In this document: in pieces, positions 51,752 to 62,034 of the stretch
How the letters are laid out: every line of letters begins with the position of its first letter
Numbering within the stretch: position 1 is the first letter of the stretch
Source of the DNA: Nitrospinales bacterium
Lineage (GTDB): Bacteria > Nitrospinota > Nitrospinia > Nitrospinales > VA-1
Assembly (NCBI GenBank): GCA_965223795.1
Contig: CBDCXL010000002.1
Coordinates: 672,001-736,000 of the forward strand
DNA length: 64,000 nt
Direction of reading: 5' to 3'
The notes under the pieces: model-generated
Told to the model about the DNA's origin: nothing
Seen by the model: only the letters and a program-made list of their open reading frames with translations
Database searches by the model: none
Program-made: the position numbers and the translations under genes

Positions 51752-54700
51752 TCATTTTGCGGTGTAGGACACCAGTTCGTATTCCTCCGCATCGTTTGGA
51801 GCGGTGCGCGGAGGGTTGCGGAAATCCGGCTCCACCACCAGTTGAAGGCCGTCTTCACGCTGCCCGGCCGCGCGGATTTCGACGCCATGTTCGCTGTCGG
51901 CGAGCAGACCGAGCCTGCGCATCTGGCTGGGCGAAACGCGCAGCGTGTAGCGGCCGGGAGGCACTCGGGCAAAGAGGAAGCCGCCGTCGTAGGCGGATCG
52001 CACGCTCTGGACCACGGCCGCTTCTTCCATTTTAAGTGGCAATTTAAACCGTTCGATCAGCCGGGGCCGCTGCCCGGAGACTGCGGAAGTGAAAAATTCC
52101 CGCTCCCGCATGTGGTGGAAATCGATCTTTCGGGCGATTTCGCCCTCGCTGTCGATGTAATGGCGCAGGGTTTGCCGTTTGAGCCGCTCTTCCAGCTCGT
52201 CGCGCTGCTTCACCAGCTCGACCTTCACGTTGGCGGCGGCGCGGCGGGACGCGCCGTGGCCGAGAAACACGCTGCCGCCAATCTCTCCGGTCGGGATGAC
52301 GGGGAAATTGATCAGGGCCGGGCTGCCCGGCCGGGGGACCACTTCCATGCCTTCGCGGGCCAGCATCCAGAACGGGTCCTCCAGGCTGGCCTGGTCCACC
52401 GACAGGGAAACCGGCTGGTAGCTGGCCAGTCCGGGCAGAAACGCCAGTCCCTGCCGGTCGGTGCGCACGCTGCGGGTGCCCTCCTGCACCTCGATGTTCT
52501 CCAGCGGCTCGTCGGCCTCGTCGAAGGCGCCGTTGTGGTTCTTGTCGAGAAATACCCGCGCCGAGGCGGCTCCCTGGGTGGCCATGCGGTCCGCCAGCAC
52601 CACCCAGCGTTTGCCGCGCGGCTCGCGCCCGAGGCTGAAGGTGAGCGAGGAGCCGAGCGCATAGTCGCCCTCATCGGAATAACTGCCCTCCATGCCGAGC
52701 GCGAACATGGGGAACCGGCGGTTGAGTCCGGCGGAATAGATGGTCTCGCGCTCGCCGTTCAGGATCCGGTCCACGGTGAGGCGGGTGCTCAGGTTGCGGG
52801 TCAGGTCGTAGTCGCCGGTCACCGAGGTGCGGGTCAGTTCGGTCACCGGCTCGATGCCGTAGTCGAGCGCGCCGCGCAAGGACAGTCTGAGGATGCGCCC
52901 GTTGGCGAGCAGGGTACCGTCGCCCTGGGTGAACGGCTCCTGCTGGCCGCCGCGGTTGAGAAACCAGTTTAAGGTGTTGGAGACGGAGACGCCGCCGAAA
53001 TACATGGAGAGCCGGTTGGACAGGTCGATCTCGACGCGGCCGGATTCGCGCCGGTCCAGTTCGCCCTCGATGGTGATGGGAATGCGCGGCAGAAAGAAAC
53101 CGGGGACGGCGCTGTCCAGCCTGAGGTTGGTGGTGCTTTCCAGGGGATCGGCGGCGCGCGCCACCCGTTCGCTGACGAAATCGAAAAAATGCCCGTGCTC
53201 CAGGAACAGGTTGACGCCGAACAGATCGGTCAGTGTCGCGATCTGCGCCGCCGTCCCGCCCTTGTCGTCCCGGGTGACGCCGAGGCGGGAAAACGCGCCG
53301 CCCAGCGAGGCTCTCAGTCCGAGGGTGCCGTAGTTCCTGCGGTCGCCCTCAAACGGCAGGCTGGCGATATTGCCGGCCACGGAAATGTGGCGGCTCAGGC
53401 CGCGCTCGTATTCGGCGAAGTAGCGCGCCCTGCCCTTTTCGGGTTCGAGCGAATTTGCATCCTCGCCCACCTGCACGAGGTCCTGTTCCTGAAAATTGCC
53501 GGACAGCCGGAAATACTGCCGGCCCGCCCGCACCTGTTCCTCACCCACGAAGATGCGGCGGATGGTCTCGCGTTTCTGTCCCTGCGGACCGTAGAACACC
53601 AGACGCAGGACGTTGGAACCGAACAGCAGCGGCACGTCGAGGAATTCGAAACGCCCGTCGGCGTTGGGCGTCACCTGGGAATCGAGCAGCACTTCGTTGC
53701 GGTACAGCTCCACCTGCCAGCCGACGGAAAGCTCGCCGCGCAGGTTGATGCGGTCGAACTCGCCCTGCCGGTAAAACGGAAAGCTGGAAATTTCAAACCC
53801 GGCTCCGGAGCGGCTGTCCGCTACCAGCGGCAGCTGCGGGTTGAAGATGTCTCCGAGCGCGAACTCGCGTGCGGAAAGCGGCCCGAACAGGCCGCCCTCG
53901 GGGTCCTTGCGCCCCAGCCGCAGGCGTACGTCGGATAACGAATCGCGTTCGTCTCCGGCCAGGAACACTTCGGAATCCATGTACAGCACATCGCCCGCAA
54001 GCAGCGCGCTGTACAGCGACTGCGCCTGGTCCTCTTCGCTCTTGTAGTTGAAGTCGTAGCTCAGGTCCATGGAAGGCCAGTCCAGTATTTTGTAGGGCGG
54101 CCGCACGCGCGGAAGCGAATCCGTTTCGGGCTGGCGTTTCGTTTCCTTCACTTTCTGCTGCCGGACCAGGCGGTTTTCCAGCAGCAGCGGTTCGTGGTTG
54201 AGGATCTCGATTTTCAGGCTGGACAGGTTGAACTCGAAATCGAGGGGAAACCAGCGGCTGAGCAGGGAGGTGTGGACGTACAGATCCTGCGGGCGGCGTT
54301 CCACGAGCCGGGTGTTGAGGGGAGAGCGTTTCCCCTCGACGGTCGCGGTGCCGTCGTTGAGATCGAGATAAAAGGCGCGGTTTTCGTTCTGATACCAGCC
54401 CCAGGCGAAGCCGCTTTGCGGATCGACGGTGATCCCCCATTCGAGCAGAAACGCCAGCTCTCCCAGGGGCAGCAGCAGGCCCTCGCGGTGCAGGTGGCCG
54501 ACCAGGTTTTCGCTGAGGATGAAATCGCGCAGGCGCACCTGCAAGACCAGCGGCGCCGTTTCGGAGCGATCGAACACGCTTTCCTGCTCTCCTGCGCGGA
54601 GGGCGCGCTTGCTCACGACGGGCGGTGCCTTCTGGCCGGGTGCCGGACTTTCCCCGCCGGATCGTTCTCCTGCACGGAGGGCGTGTTCGCTCGCGACGGA

Positions 54701-55009
54701 CGGCGCTTTCTGGCCGGGTGCCGGACTTTCCCCGCCGGATCGTTCTCCTGCGCGGAGGGCGTGTTCGCTCGCGACGGACGGCGCTTTCCGGCCGGGTGCC
54801 GGACTTTCCCCGCCGGATCGTTCTCCTGCGCGGAGGGCGTCTCCGCTTCCGCCGGGCGGCGGTCCGGTGCCATCGGGGCGCGCGGGTATCGCTTCGCTGC
54901 CTGCCCCGCCTTTGCCGGGCGCACCGGCGGCGGCCTCGGGATGGGCAAACTCCGCCCTTCCCGCCGTCAGGACAAATAGCACCAATGCGATGAGCGCCCG
55001 AAACCGCAT
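51752..55009 (-). CDS. Large outer-membrane usher-like protein of a chaperone/usher-type pilus locus
   Basis: Signal peptide; VELYRNEVLL...GRFEFLDVPL.FG.N...FYGPQG plug-like region; beta-strand-rich core; C-terminal FLDKNHNGAFD and Ig-like modules; downstream of pilin and chaperone genes. Confidence 0.75.
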   Translation of the reverse strand: MRFRALIALVLFVLTAGRAEFAHPEAAAGAPGKGGAGSEAIPARPDGTGPPPGGSGDALRAGERSGGESPAPGRKAPSVASEHALRAGERSGGESPAPGQKAPSVASEHALRAGERSGGESPAPGQKAPPVVSKRALRAGEQESVFDRSETAPLVLQVRLRDFILSENLVGHLHREGLLLPLGELAFLLEWGITVDPQSGFAWGWYQNENRAFYLDLNDGTATVEGKRSPLNTRLVERRPQDLYVHTSLLSRWFPLDFEFNLSSLKIEILNHEPLLLENRLVRQQKVKETKRQPETDSLPRVRPPYKILDWPSMDLSYDFNYKSEEDQAQSLYSALLAGDVLYMDSEVFLAGDERDSLSDVRLRLGRKDPEGGLFGPLSAREFALGDIFNPQLPLVADSRSGAGFEISSFPFYRQGEFDRINLRGELSVGWQVELYRNEVLLDSQVTPNADGRFEFLDVPLLFGSNVLRLVFYGPQGQKRETIRRIFVGEEQVRAGRQYFRLSGNFQEQDLVQVGEDANSLEPEKGRARYFAEYERGLSRHISVAGNIASLPFEGDRRNYGTLGLRASLGGAFSRLGVTRDDKGGTAAQIATLTDLFGVNLFLEHGHFFDFVSERVARAADPLESTTNLRLDSAVPGFFLPRIPITIEGELDRRESGRVEIDLSNRLSMYFGGVSVSNTLNWFLNRGGQQEPFTQGDGTLLANGRILRLSLRGALDYGIEPVTELTRTSVTGDYDLTRNLSTRLTVDRILNGERETIYSAGLNRRFPMFALGMEGSYSDEGDYALGSSLTFSLGREPRGKRWVVLADRMATQGAASARVFLDKNHNGAFDEADEPLENIEVQEGTRSVRTDRQGLAFLPGLASYQPVSLSVDQASLEDPFWMLAREGMEVVPRPGSPALINFPVIPTGEIGGSVFLGHGASRRAAANVKVELVKQRDELEERLKRQTLRHYIDSEGEIARKIDFHHMREREFFTSAVSGQRPRLIERFKLPLKMEEAAVVQSVRSAYDGGFLFARVPPGRYTLRVSPSQMRRLGLLADSEHGVEIRAAGQREDGLQLVVEPDFRNPPRTAPNDAEEYELVSYTAK
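54588..54840. repeat. In-frame tandem repeat, 78 bp x about 3.2
   Basis: Units start at 54588, 54666, 54744 and 54822; encode ALRAGERSGGESPAPG(R/Q)KAPSVASEH. Confidence 0.95.
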
Positions 55010-55028
55010 GCAGACCGCCTTGAACCGA

Positions 55029-55904
55029 TCAGGGTACCGGAATCCGCGCTTTGGCCAGGACGGTCCCGCCCTCTTCCCGGCGCTCGCGGTAAACCACGTG
55101 CAGGCTGCCCCGCTCCGGCCGCATGCCTGCAGGAAAGTTCAAGGGAATCTTCAGATGGCGGCTGGCGTTGGGGGCGTAGACCGAAAGCCCCCCTACCTGC
55201 CCCACCTTCATGCGCCCACCCTGCTTGTCTTTGAAGAATATGGATATGTCGCCAAACACCGACCGGTTGCCTTTGCGCAGAATTTTCGCGGACAACAGCG
55301 GCGGCGCTTCGTTCGAATCTGTGGATTCCAGGCTCAGGTCGGCAAGGCCCACCTTCGCGCTGAGGTCGCCGTGACGCACGATGACCGGTATGGAGATCGC
55401 CAGCACCGCCACGAAGCGGATCTTGAGCTCGTCGCTGGCGAGTGTGGTGCGTTCGATGTCCTCGCCCAGGGTCGGCGGCGGCAGGCTCTGGAAAAAAAGG
55501 TGCGACCGGTATTCACCGGGTTTCAGGCCCTGCGGTTTGCGGGCCAGCAGGCGGACCGAACGCGAACTGCGCGGCGGCACGGTGATCTGCCGCGGCGCGA
55601 AGCGGATGAACTCGGCGGCGAATTTCTCTCCCGGGGTTCCGTGCGCGACTTCCTGATAAGCGCCGTTTTTGTCCATGCGCAGGTTTTTGAAGAACACGCG
55701 GTAGGTCATCTCGCGGTTGGAGTTGTTGTGCAGCACCACCTCACCGGTGCGCTTGTCCCCTTCCAGCACGATCCGCTTGGGCCGCACGCTGATGCCGCCC
55801 AGCTCTCCGGCCTGCGCGACCTCCACGAGCGCGCACAGCGTGAACATGCACAGCATGTTCACGCAAAATACCGGGATCGCTGCATTGCCAAAGCGTTTCT
55901 TCAT
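55029..55904 (-). CDS. Periplasmic pilus chaperone (PapD-like Ig folds)
   Basis: Signal peptide; SVRPKRIVL; IRFAPRQITVPP...VRL; GEYRSHL; ISIPVIVRHG; RKGNRSVFG. Confidence 0.85.
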   Translation of the reverse strand: MKKRFGNAAIPVFCVNMLCMFTLCALVEVAQAGELGGISVRPKRIVLEGDKRTGEVVLHNNSNREMTYRVFFKNLRMDKNGAYQEVAHGTPGEKFAAEFIRFAPRQITVPPRSSRSVRLLARKPQGLKPGEYRSHLFFQSLPPPTLGEDIERTTLASDELKIRFVAVLAISIPVIVRHGDLSAKVGLADLSLESTDSNEAPPLLSAKILRKGNRSVFGDISIFFKDKQGGRMKVGQVGGLSVYAPNASRHLKIPLNFPAGMRPERGSLHVVYRERREEGGTVLAKARIPVP

Positions 55905-55942
55905 GTAGCTCCTGAAGGACTGGTTGCGCCGTGAAGCTGAAT

Positions 55943-56431
55943 TCAGTTGTAGTTCGCCGTCAATATGTATTCGCAGATGCCGTCGCCGCTGGCGCCGGCA
56001 TGCACTTTGAGGTGTCCGCCGATGCGGATGCTGTTGGCGGAAACGCTGCTTTCGGTCTGCACGTCTGTGAGATCGGTTCCCGGCACGGTGCAGGTGCCTT
56101 TGAGAGGCTCGGCGGTGACGTTGAACTGCACGCCCGAAGCGAGCACGCTGCCTGTGGACTGTCCGTGCAGGAAGCGGCCGTCCCCTTCAATGCCCAGCTG
56201 CAATCCGCCGCTGGGCGTGATTGCGAATTCCTGGATTCCGGAGGAAGGCGGCTGGATGACGCCGAAATCGAGCGGCGCGGTTTCGATCAGCGCCACCGGC
56301 TCGGGGCCGGGTGCAAAGGCGGACGTGTATAAATCCGGAGAGGCGGCGCGGAATCCCGTGCCGCCGAAAATGAAAACGCTCACACCCAGAACCGATGCCA
56401 TGATTGTTTTTTTGAATTTTGGGACGCTCAT
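55943..56431 (-). CDS. Putative pilin subunit (DUF4402-like)
   Basis: Signal peptide; PLDFG; IGGHLKV; terminal beta strand with penultimate Tyr (ILTANYN); two Cys. Confidence 0.7.
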   Translation of the reverse strand: MSVPKFKKTIMASVLGVSVFIFGGTGFRAASPDLYTSAFAPGPEPVALIETAPLDFGVIQPPSSGIQEFAITPSGGLQLGIEGDGRFLHGQSTGSVLASGVQFNVTAEPLKGTCTVPGTDLTDVQTESSVSANSIRIGGHLKVHAGASGDGICEYILTANYN

Positions 56432-56510
56432 GGTGGGAATTTCCTTTTAAATAAAATTTAAAAAGGATCTCAATAATTCGAAATTTCTCTGTCTGGCAAA
56501 TCGCGGCCCC

Positions 56511-56789
56511 TTAATGAATGAGGGGCGCTCGCGGCCAAACGCTATTATTTGAGGCACCCTGCAATTGATTGTCACCCCAGGACACGTTCGCCGGGTTCCG
56601 CGAATTGGAATGCAGGCTGCCCGGCGCTCCGTCCTGAAACAGGCTGCGGCCGGGGGTTTCCTTTTGCACCAGATCGTTTTCCAGAGCCTGATAAGCCTCT
56701 TTGAGCAGACGATGGAATTTCTGTTTTTGCGGATGGGTCCGCACCACGTTCGGCATGCGTTTGGGAAACGGGGGAAAGGGTTTCATCAT
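56511..56789 (-). CDS. Hypothetical protein (92 aa)
   Basis: ORF with GAGG RBS, 1 nt after the upstream ORF, co-oriented with the pilus genes. Confidence 0.4.
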   Translation of the reverse strand: MMKPFPPFPKRMPNVVRTHPQKQKFHRLLKEAYQALENDLVQKETPGRSLFQDGAPGSLHSNSRNPANVSWGDNQLQGASNNSVWPRAPLIH

Positions 56790-56790
56790 C

Positions 56791-56979
56791 TCAAATCCTC
56801 GTCAGAAGGAAGAACAGGAGGCCGTGGACTATCAGGGAAATGAACAGCCAGGCCGGTTTCAGCGGATCGATTTCGAAAAGCCAGGAGGTGGACAGGTTCT
56901 GCTTCAGGGCCAGCGCGCCTTTTTCGTGCCAGGATTTTGGCTCGCATTCCGCCGGGGTGGTTTGAGGGAGATCGTTCAT
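56791..56979 (-). CDS. Small hypothetical membrane protein (62 aa)
   Basis: C-terminal TM AWLFISLIVHGLLFFLL. Confidence 0.45.
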   Translation of the reverse strand: MNDLPQTTPAECEPKSWHEKGALALKQNLSTSWLFEIDPLKPAWLFISLIVHGLLFFLLTRI

Positions 56980-57094
56980 GATGGGTCAGGGGCTGAGGTT
57001 AGTGAGTTTGAGGCCGGGCGGATGCGATCGGCATCGCCGCTTGCGGGCCTCGTTGAACCGGGACGTTCGATGCTGCGGCTTAAATATCGCGTTC

Positions 57095-57240
57095 ACTTCA
57101 ATTAGATTTTCATTGAATTTCTTCTTATTTCATTTAGATTTACACGCGCCCGAATACTTTACAACTTTCAATTAAAATTACAATAGAAAAATTAATAACT
57201 TATATAAAATTATTAAAATTTGTTTAAATTTAAACACAAG
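57095..57240. promoter_or_regulatory. AT-rich control region upstream of the pilus locus
   Basis: Three TTCA(A/T)TTA(G/A)A(T/A)TT direct repeats (57097, 57129, 57167) and the perfect palindrome TGTTTAAATTTAAACA (57221-57236). Confidence 0.55.
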
Positions 57241-57395
57241 ATCAACACGAAGCCCCACTCCTGCGGTCCAGGAGTCAACGCATTGATTTTTTTGGGAAAT
57301 TCAGATCAAAAGAAAATCAGGAAAAAAGCAGGGGAGTTTTGGTCCGATGGTATGCGCGGGCGTTTGGCCCGGTCAGGCGGGTGTTGGGGATGCGT

Positions 57396-57764
57396 TCAAC
57401 CGGCTTTCGCGCGGCCGGGAGCGGCTTCCTCCGCGATCGTGGGGGGCGCGGCGGTGAAGCGGTAGCTGCAATCGGAGATGTCCGGCGGCTCTGTGGGATA
57501 GCGGTGACAAAGAAGCGGTTTTTGCGGGCTGTTGTGCACCCGGCAGGCGTTGTCGGGGCCGAGTTGTTCACAGGGAATATCGAGCGAATAAAACAGCAGG
57601 TTGTTTTCCACGTCCTCGCCGACCACGCGGATGCCGCGGTAGCTGAGATAGAGAGCCAGTTCTTTGAGGCTGCCGTGCTGCCTGAGGGTGAGATCGCGCA
57701 CGGCGGTGATGTTGACGGAGCGGCAGCATTCGCCGCACTGGTTGCACTCTCCGGTTCGATACAA
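57396..57764 (-). CDS. YkgJ-family CxxCxxCC cysteine-cluster (Fe-S/Zn) protein
   Basis: TTG start after AGGAG; ECNQCGECC...CEQL...CRVH..KPLLCHRYP. Confidence 0.85.
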   Translation of the reverse strand: MYRTGECNQCGECCRSVNITAVRDLTLRQHGSLKELALYLSYRGIRVVGEDVENNLLFYSLDIPCEQLGPDNACRVHNSPQKPLLCHRYPTEPPDISDCSYRFTAAPPTIAEEAAPGRAKAG

Positions 57765-57808
57765 GACCCCTCTCCTTTCTGCCAGAGCACCCGGCCCGGC
57801 AGACGCTG

Positions 57809-58204
57809 TTATTTTTTCTTTTTGCGCGCGGTTTTCGGTTTTTTCCCGGCCTGCGGGTACTCGACGGTGACGCTGGTGTGGATGCCGCCGCGCACGTTGA
57901 AATCGCCGGTGACGGTCAGTTTGCGGGGTTTGAGCACTGTGACCAGGTCGTCCGAAATCTGATTGATCACCTTTTCGTGAAACCCTCCCTCGTTGCGGTA
58001 GGACCACAGATACAGCTTGAGCGATTTGAGCTCGACGCACCAGCGGTCGGGGATGTAGGCGATCTCCACCACCGCGAAATCCGGCTGCCCGGTCTTGGGG
58101 CAGAGGCAGGTGAACTCCGGGCATTCCATCTCGATGGTGTAGTCCCGGTCGGGATGCGGGTTCAAAAAAACTTCCAAATCGTTAACCTCTTTATTTTTAG
58201 ACAT
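57809..58204 (-). CDS. queF: 7-cyano-7-deazaguanine reductase (short, unimodular QueF)
   Basis: [36 protein letters not shown]. Confidence 0.96.
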   Translation of the reverse strand: MSKNKEVNDLEVFLNPHPDRDYTIEMECPEFTCLCPKTGQPDFAVVEIAYIPDRWCVELKSLKLYLWSYRNEGGFHEKVINQISDDLVTVLKPRKLTVTGDFNVRGGIHTSVTVEYPQAGKKPKTARKKKK

Positions 58205-58283
58205 TTATATATTTTTTCCTGTTTTTTCAGATTTTTTTACCAGGTCACCTTGACATTGGAAATCAGGATTTTATGGTATAGTG

Positions 58284-58310
58284 TCAGCACTCGCATCCGG
58301 TGAGTGCTAA
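58284..58310 (+). promoter_or_regulatory. CIRCE operator (HrcA site) upstream of groES
   Basis: TCAGCACTC-N9-GAGTGCTAA, one mismatch from consensus; TTGACA (58250) and TGGTATAGT lie just upstream. Confidence 0.92.
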
Positions 58311-58466
58311 GACAACGGCGATCCCAACGGTTGCGAACTTATGGAAAACCCCGGCAAATTATTGAATATTCATAACTTAAGTTCAAAACCCACATTCTTG
58401 CCCCACTCCGGGGCTGTCTCAATCCAAGACCCCAAAGTCTAACATTTTTTCTTACGAGGAGTGATT

Positions 58467-58757
58467 ATGAAAATCCGACCATTGCAAGACCGTATCCTGT
58501 TGCAGCCCATCCTGGAAAAAGAAGTGCGCAAGGGTGGCATCATCATCCCCGATTCCGCCAAGGAAAAGCCCATCGAAGGGCGCGTCAAAGCCGTGGGCAA
58601 GGGAAAAATCGGTGAGGACGGCAAGCACATCCCCATGGATGTCAAAGTCGGCGACAAGGTCCTGTACAGCAAATACGGCGGAACGGAAGTCAAGATCGAC
58701 GGCGAGGAATTCCTTCTCATGAGAGAAGACGACATTTTGGGCATCATCGAAAAATAA
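58467..58757 (+). CDS. groES: Co-chaperonin GroES
   Basis: [34 protein letters not shown]. Confidence 0.98.
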   Translation: MKIRPLQDRILLQPILEKEVRKGGIIIPDSAKEKPIEGRVKAVGKGKIGEDGKHIPMDVKVGDKVLYSKYGGTEVKIDGEEFLLMREDDILGIIEK

Positions 58758-58812
58758 CCCGTTTTAAAAACCGACAACGTCAAATACATCCCCTTCAAGG
58801 AGAGTTACCTAA

Positions 58813-60471
<1,659 letters not shown>

Positions 60472-60505
60472 GCCCGTTTCGCCGAGCAAGCCTGTAAATC
60501 AAGAC

Positions 60506-60536
60506 CCCCGGCCGGAATCCCGGCCGGGGTTTTTTT
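60506..60536 (+). terminator. groEL intrinsic terminator
   Basis: CCCCGGCCGG-AATC-CCGGCCGGGG followed by T7. Confidence 0.9.
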
Positions 60537-60571
60537 GTGAGTTTTCTCACAACCCGCCGGTTTTTTATGAG

Positions 60572-60602
60572 TTGACAGGGGACCGCCCAATTAGAGTATA
60601 AT
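60572..60602 (+). promoter_or_regulatory. Candidate sigma70 promoter for glgC (19-bp spacer)
   Basis: TTGACA-N19-TATAAT. Confidence 0.55.
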
Positions 60603-60766
60603 TAATGTAAGTAGTTTAAAATTCAAGCGGTTCCGGGCATTGAGGGTCGCCGTTCGATCCCGGGGGGAGAAACCGGCCTGAGTTTGATTTTCTTTCCGCT
60701 CGCACCTCGTCTTCAGCGCAATCGATTCTACCGCTCCTGCCGCCTGTGTGAACCCTATCGGAGCTT

Positions 60767-62002
60767 GTGCGTGTGCAAAATATTCTTGGAATGATCATGG
60801 CGGGCGGAGAAGGCAGCCGCCTTTATCCGCTCACGAAAGAGCGTGCGAAACCCGCTGTTCCCTTCGGCGGCAAATACCGGTTGATCGATTTTGTGCTGAG
60901 CAATTTCATCAACTCCAAAGTCTACGCCCTCTACGTCCTCACCCAGTTCAAATCGCAATCGTTGACGGAGCATCTGCAGGAAGGCTGGCGTTTCAGCTCC
61001 ATCCTGCAGGACCATTTCATCCTGCCCGTACCCGCCCAGAAACGCACGGGCGAAAGCTGGTACCAGGGCACCGCCGATGCGATTTATCAGAACATCAACC
61101 TGATCGAAGGGCACGGCTACGATCTGGTCGCCATCTTCGGCGCGGATCATATCTACCGCATGGACATCCGCCAGATGGTGGACTTCCACATGGAGAGGCG
61201 GGCGGACGTGACGGTCTCGGCGCTGCCGGTGTCCGTCGAGGAAGCGCGCTCGTTCGGCGTCATCCAGGTGGACGAGGAGCAGCGCATCATTGGATTCCAG
61301 GAAAAACCGCATGACCCGAAAACCATACCGGGGCGGCCGGATGAGGTGTTCGCGTCGATGGGCAACTACATCTTCAGCACCGACTTTCTCATCCGCATGC
61401 TGTACGAAGACGCCGCGGACACCGAATCGAGCCACGATTTCGGCAAGGACATCCTGCCCAAAGTGGTGTCCACCGACCGGGTGTACGCCTACGATTTTCG
61501 CACCAACCGCGTGTCCGGCAGCGGCGAACAGGAAGTGGGCGCCTGGCGCGACGTGGGGACCATCAAGGCGTTCTGGGAAGCCAATATGGACCTGCGCAAC
61601 GTCAAACCGGTGTTCAACCTGTACAACCGCAAATGGCCGATCCGCACGACGCAGTACGGCGGCCCGCCGGCGAAGTTCGTGTTCAACGAGGACGGCCGCC
61701 GCGGCCAGGCGGTCAACAGCATCGTTTCCGAAGGCAGCATCATCAGCGGCGGCATCGTGCAGGATTCGGTGATCGGCGGCGACGTGCACATCGACAGCGG
61801 CGCGGCGATCATCAATTCGCTGATCATGGACCGCGTCAATGTGGGGAAAAACTGCAAGATCAACATGGCCATCATCGACAAGGACGTGAACATTCCCGAC
61901 GGCGTGTCGATCGGCTACAATCTGGACGAGGACAAGAGCCGGTTCTTCGTCGACGAGGAATCCAACATCACGGTGATCCCCAAGGGATACCGTTTCAAAT
62001 GA
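60767..62002 (+). CDS. glgC: Glucose-1-phosphate adenylyltransferase
   Basis: AGGEGSRLYPLT; RAKPAVPFGGKYRLIDF; GTADA; FQEKP; ASMGNY; WRDVGT. Confidence 0.97.
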   Translation: MRVQNILGMIMAGGEGSRLYPLTKERAKPAVPFGGKYRLIDFVLSNFINSKVYALYVLTQFKSQSLTEHLQEGWRFSSILQDHFILPVPAQKRTGESWYQGTADAIYQNINLIEGHGYDLVAIFGADHIYRMDIRQMVDFHMERRADVTVSALPVSVEEARSFGVIQVDEEQRIIGFQEKPHDPKTIPGRPDEVFASMGNYIFSTDFLIRMLYEDAADTESSHDFGKDILPKVVSTDRVYAYDFRTNRVSGSGEQEVGAWRDVGTIKAFWEANMDLRNVKPVFNLYNRKWPIRTTQYGGPPAKFVFNEDGRRGQAVNSIVSEGSIISGGIVQDSVIGGDVHIDSGAAIINSLIMDRVNVGKNCKINMAIIDKDVNIPDGVSIGYNLDEDKSRFFVDEESNITVIPKGYRFK

Positions 62003-62034
62003 CCGGCCTTGCCGCCTGAAGGAGGCGTCACAGC

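Noticed and set aside
54588..54840. 78-bp periodic repeat as a CRISPR array
   Set aside because: Units are near-identical along their whole length with no unique spacers, are in frame within a CDS, and no cas genes are in the window.
58205..58250. preQ1 riboswitch upstream of queF
   Set aside because: Only an A-rich tract is present; no recognisable aptamer stem-loop, and the space is taken by the groES promoter.
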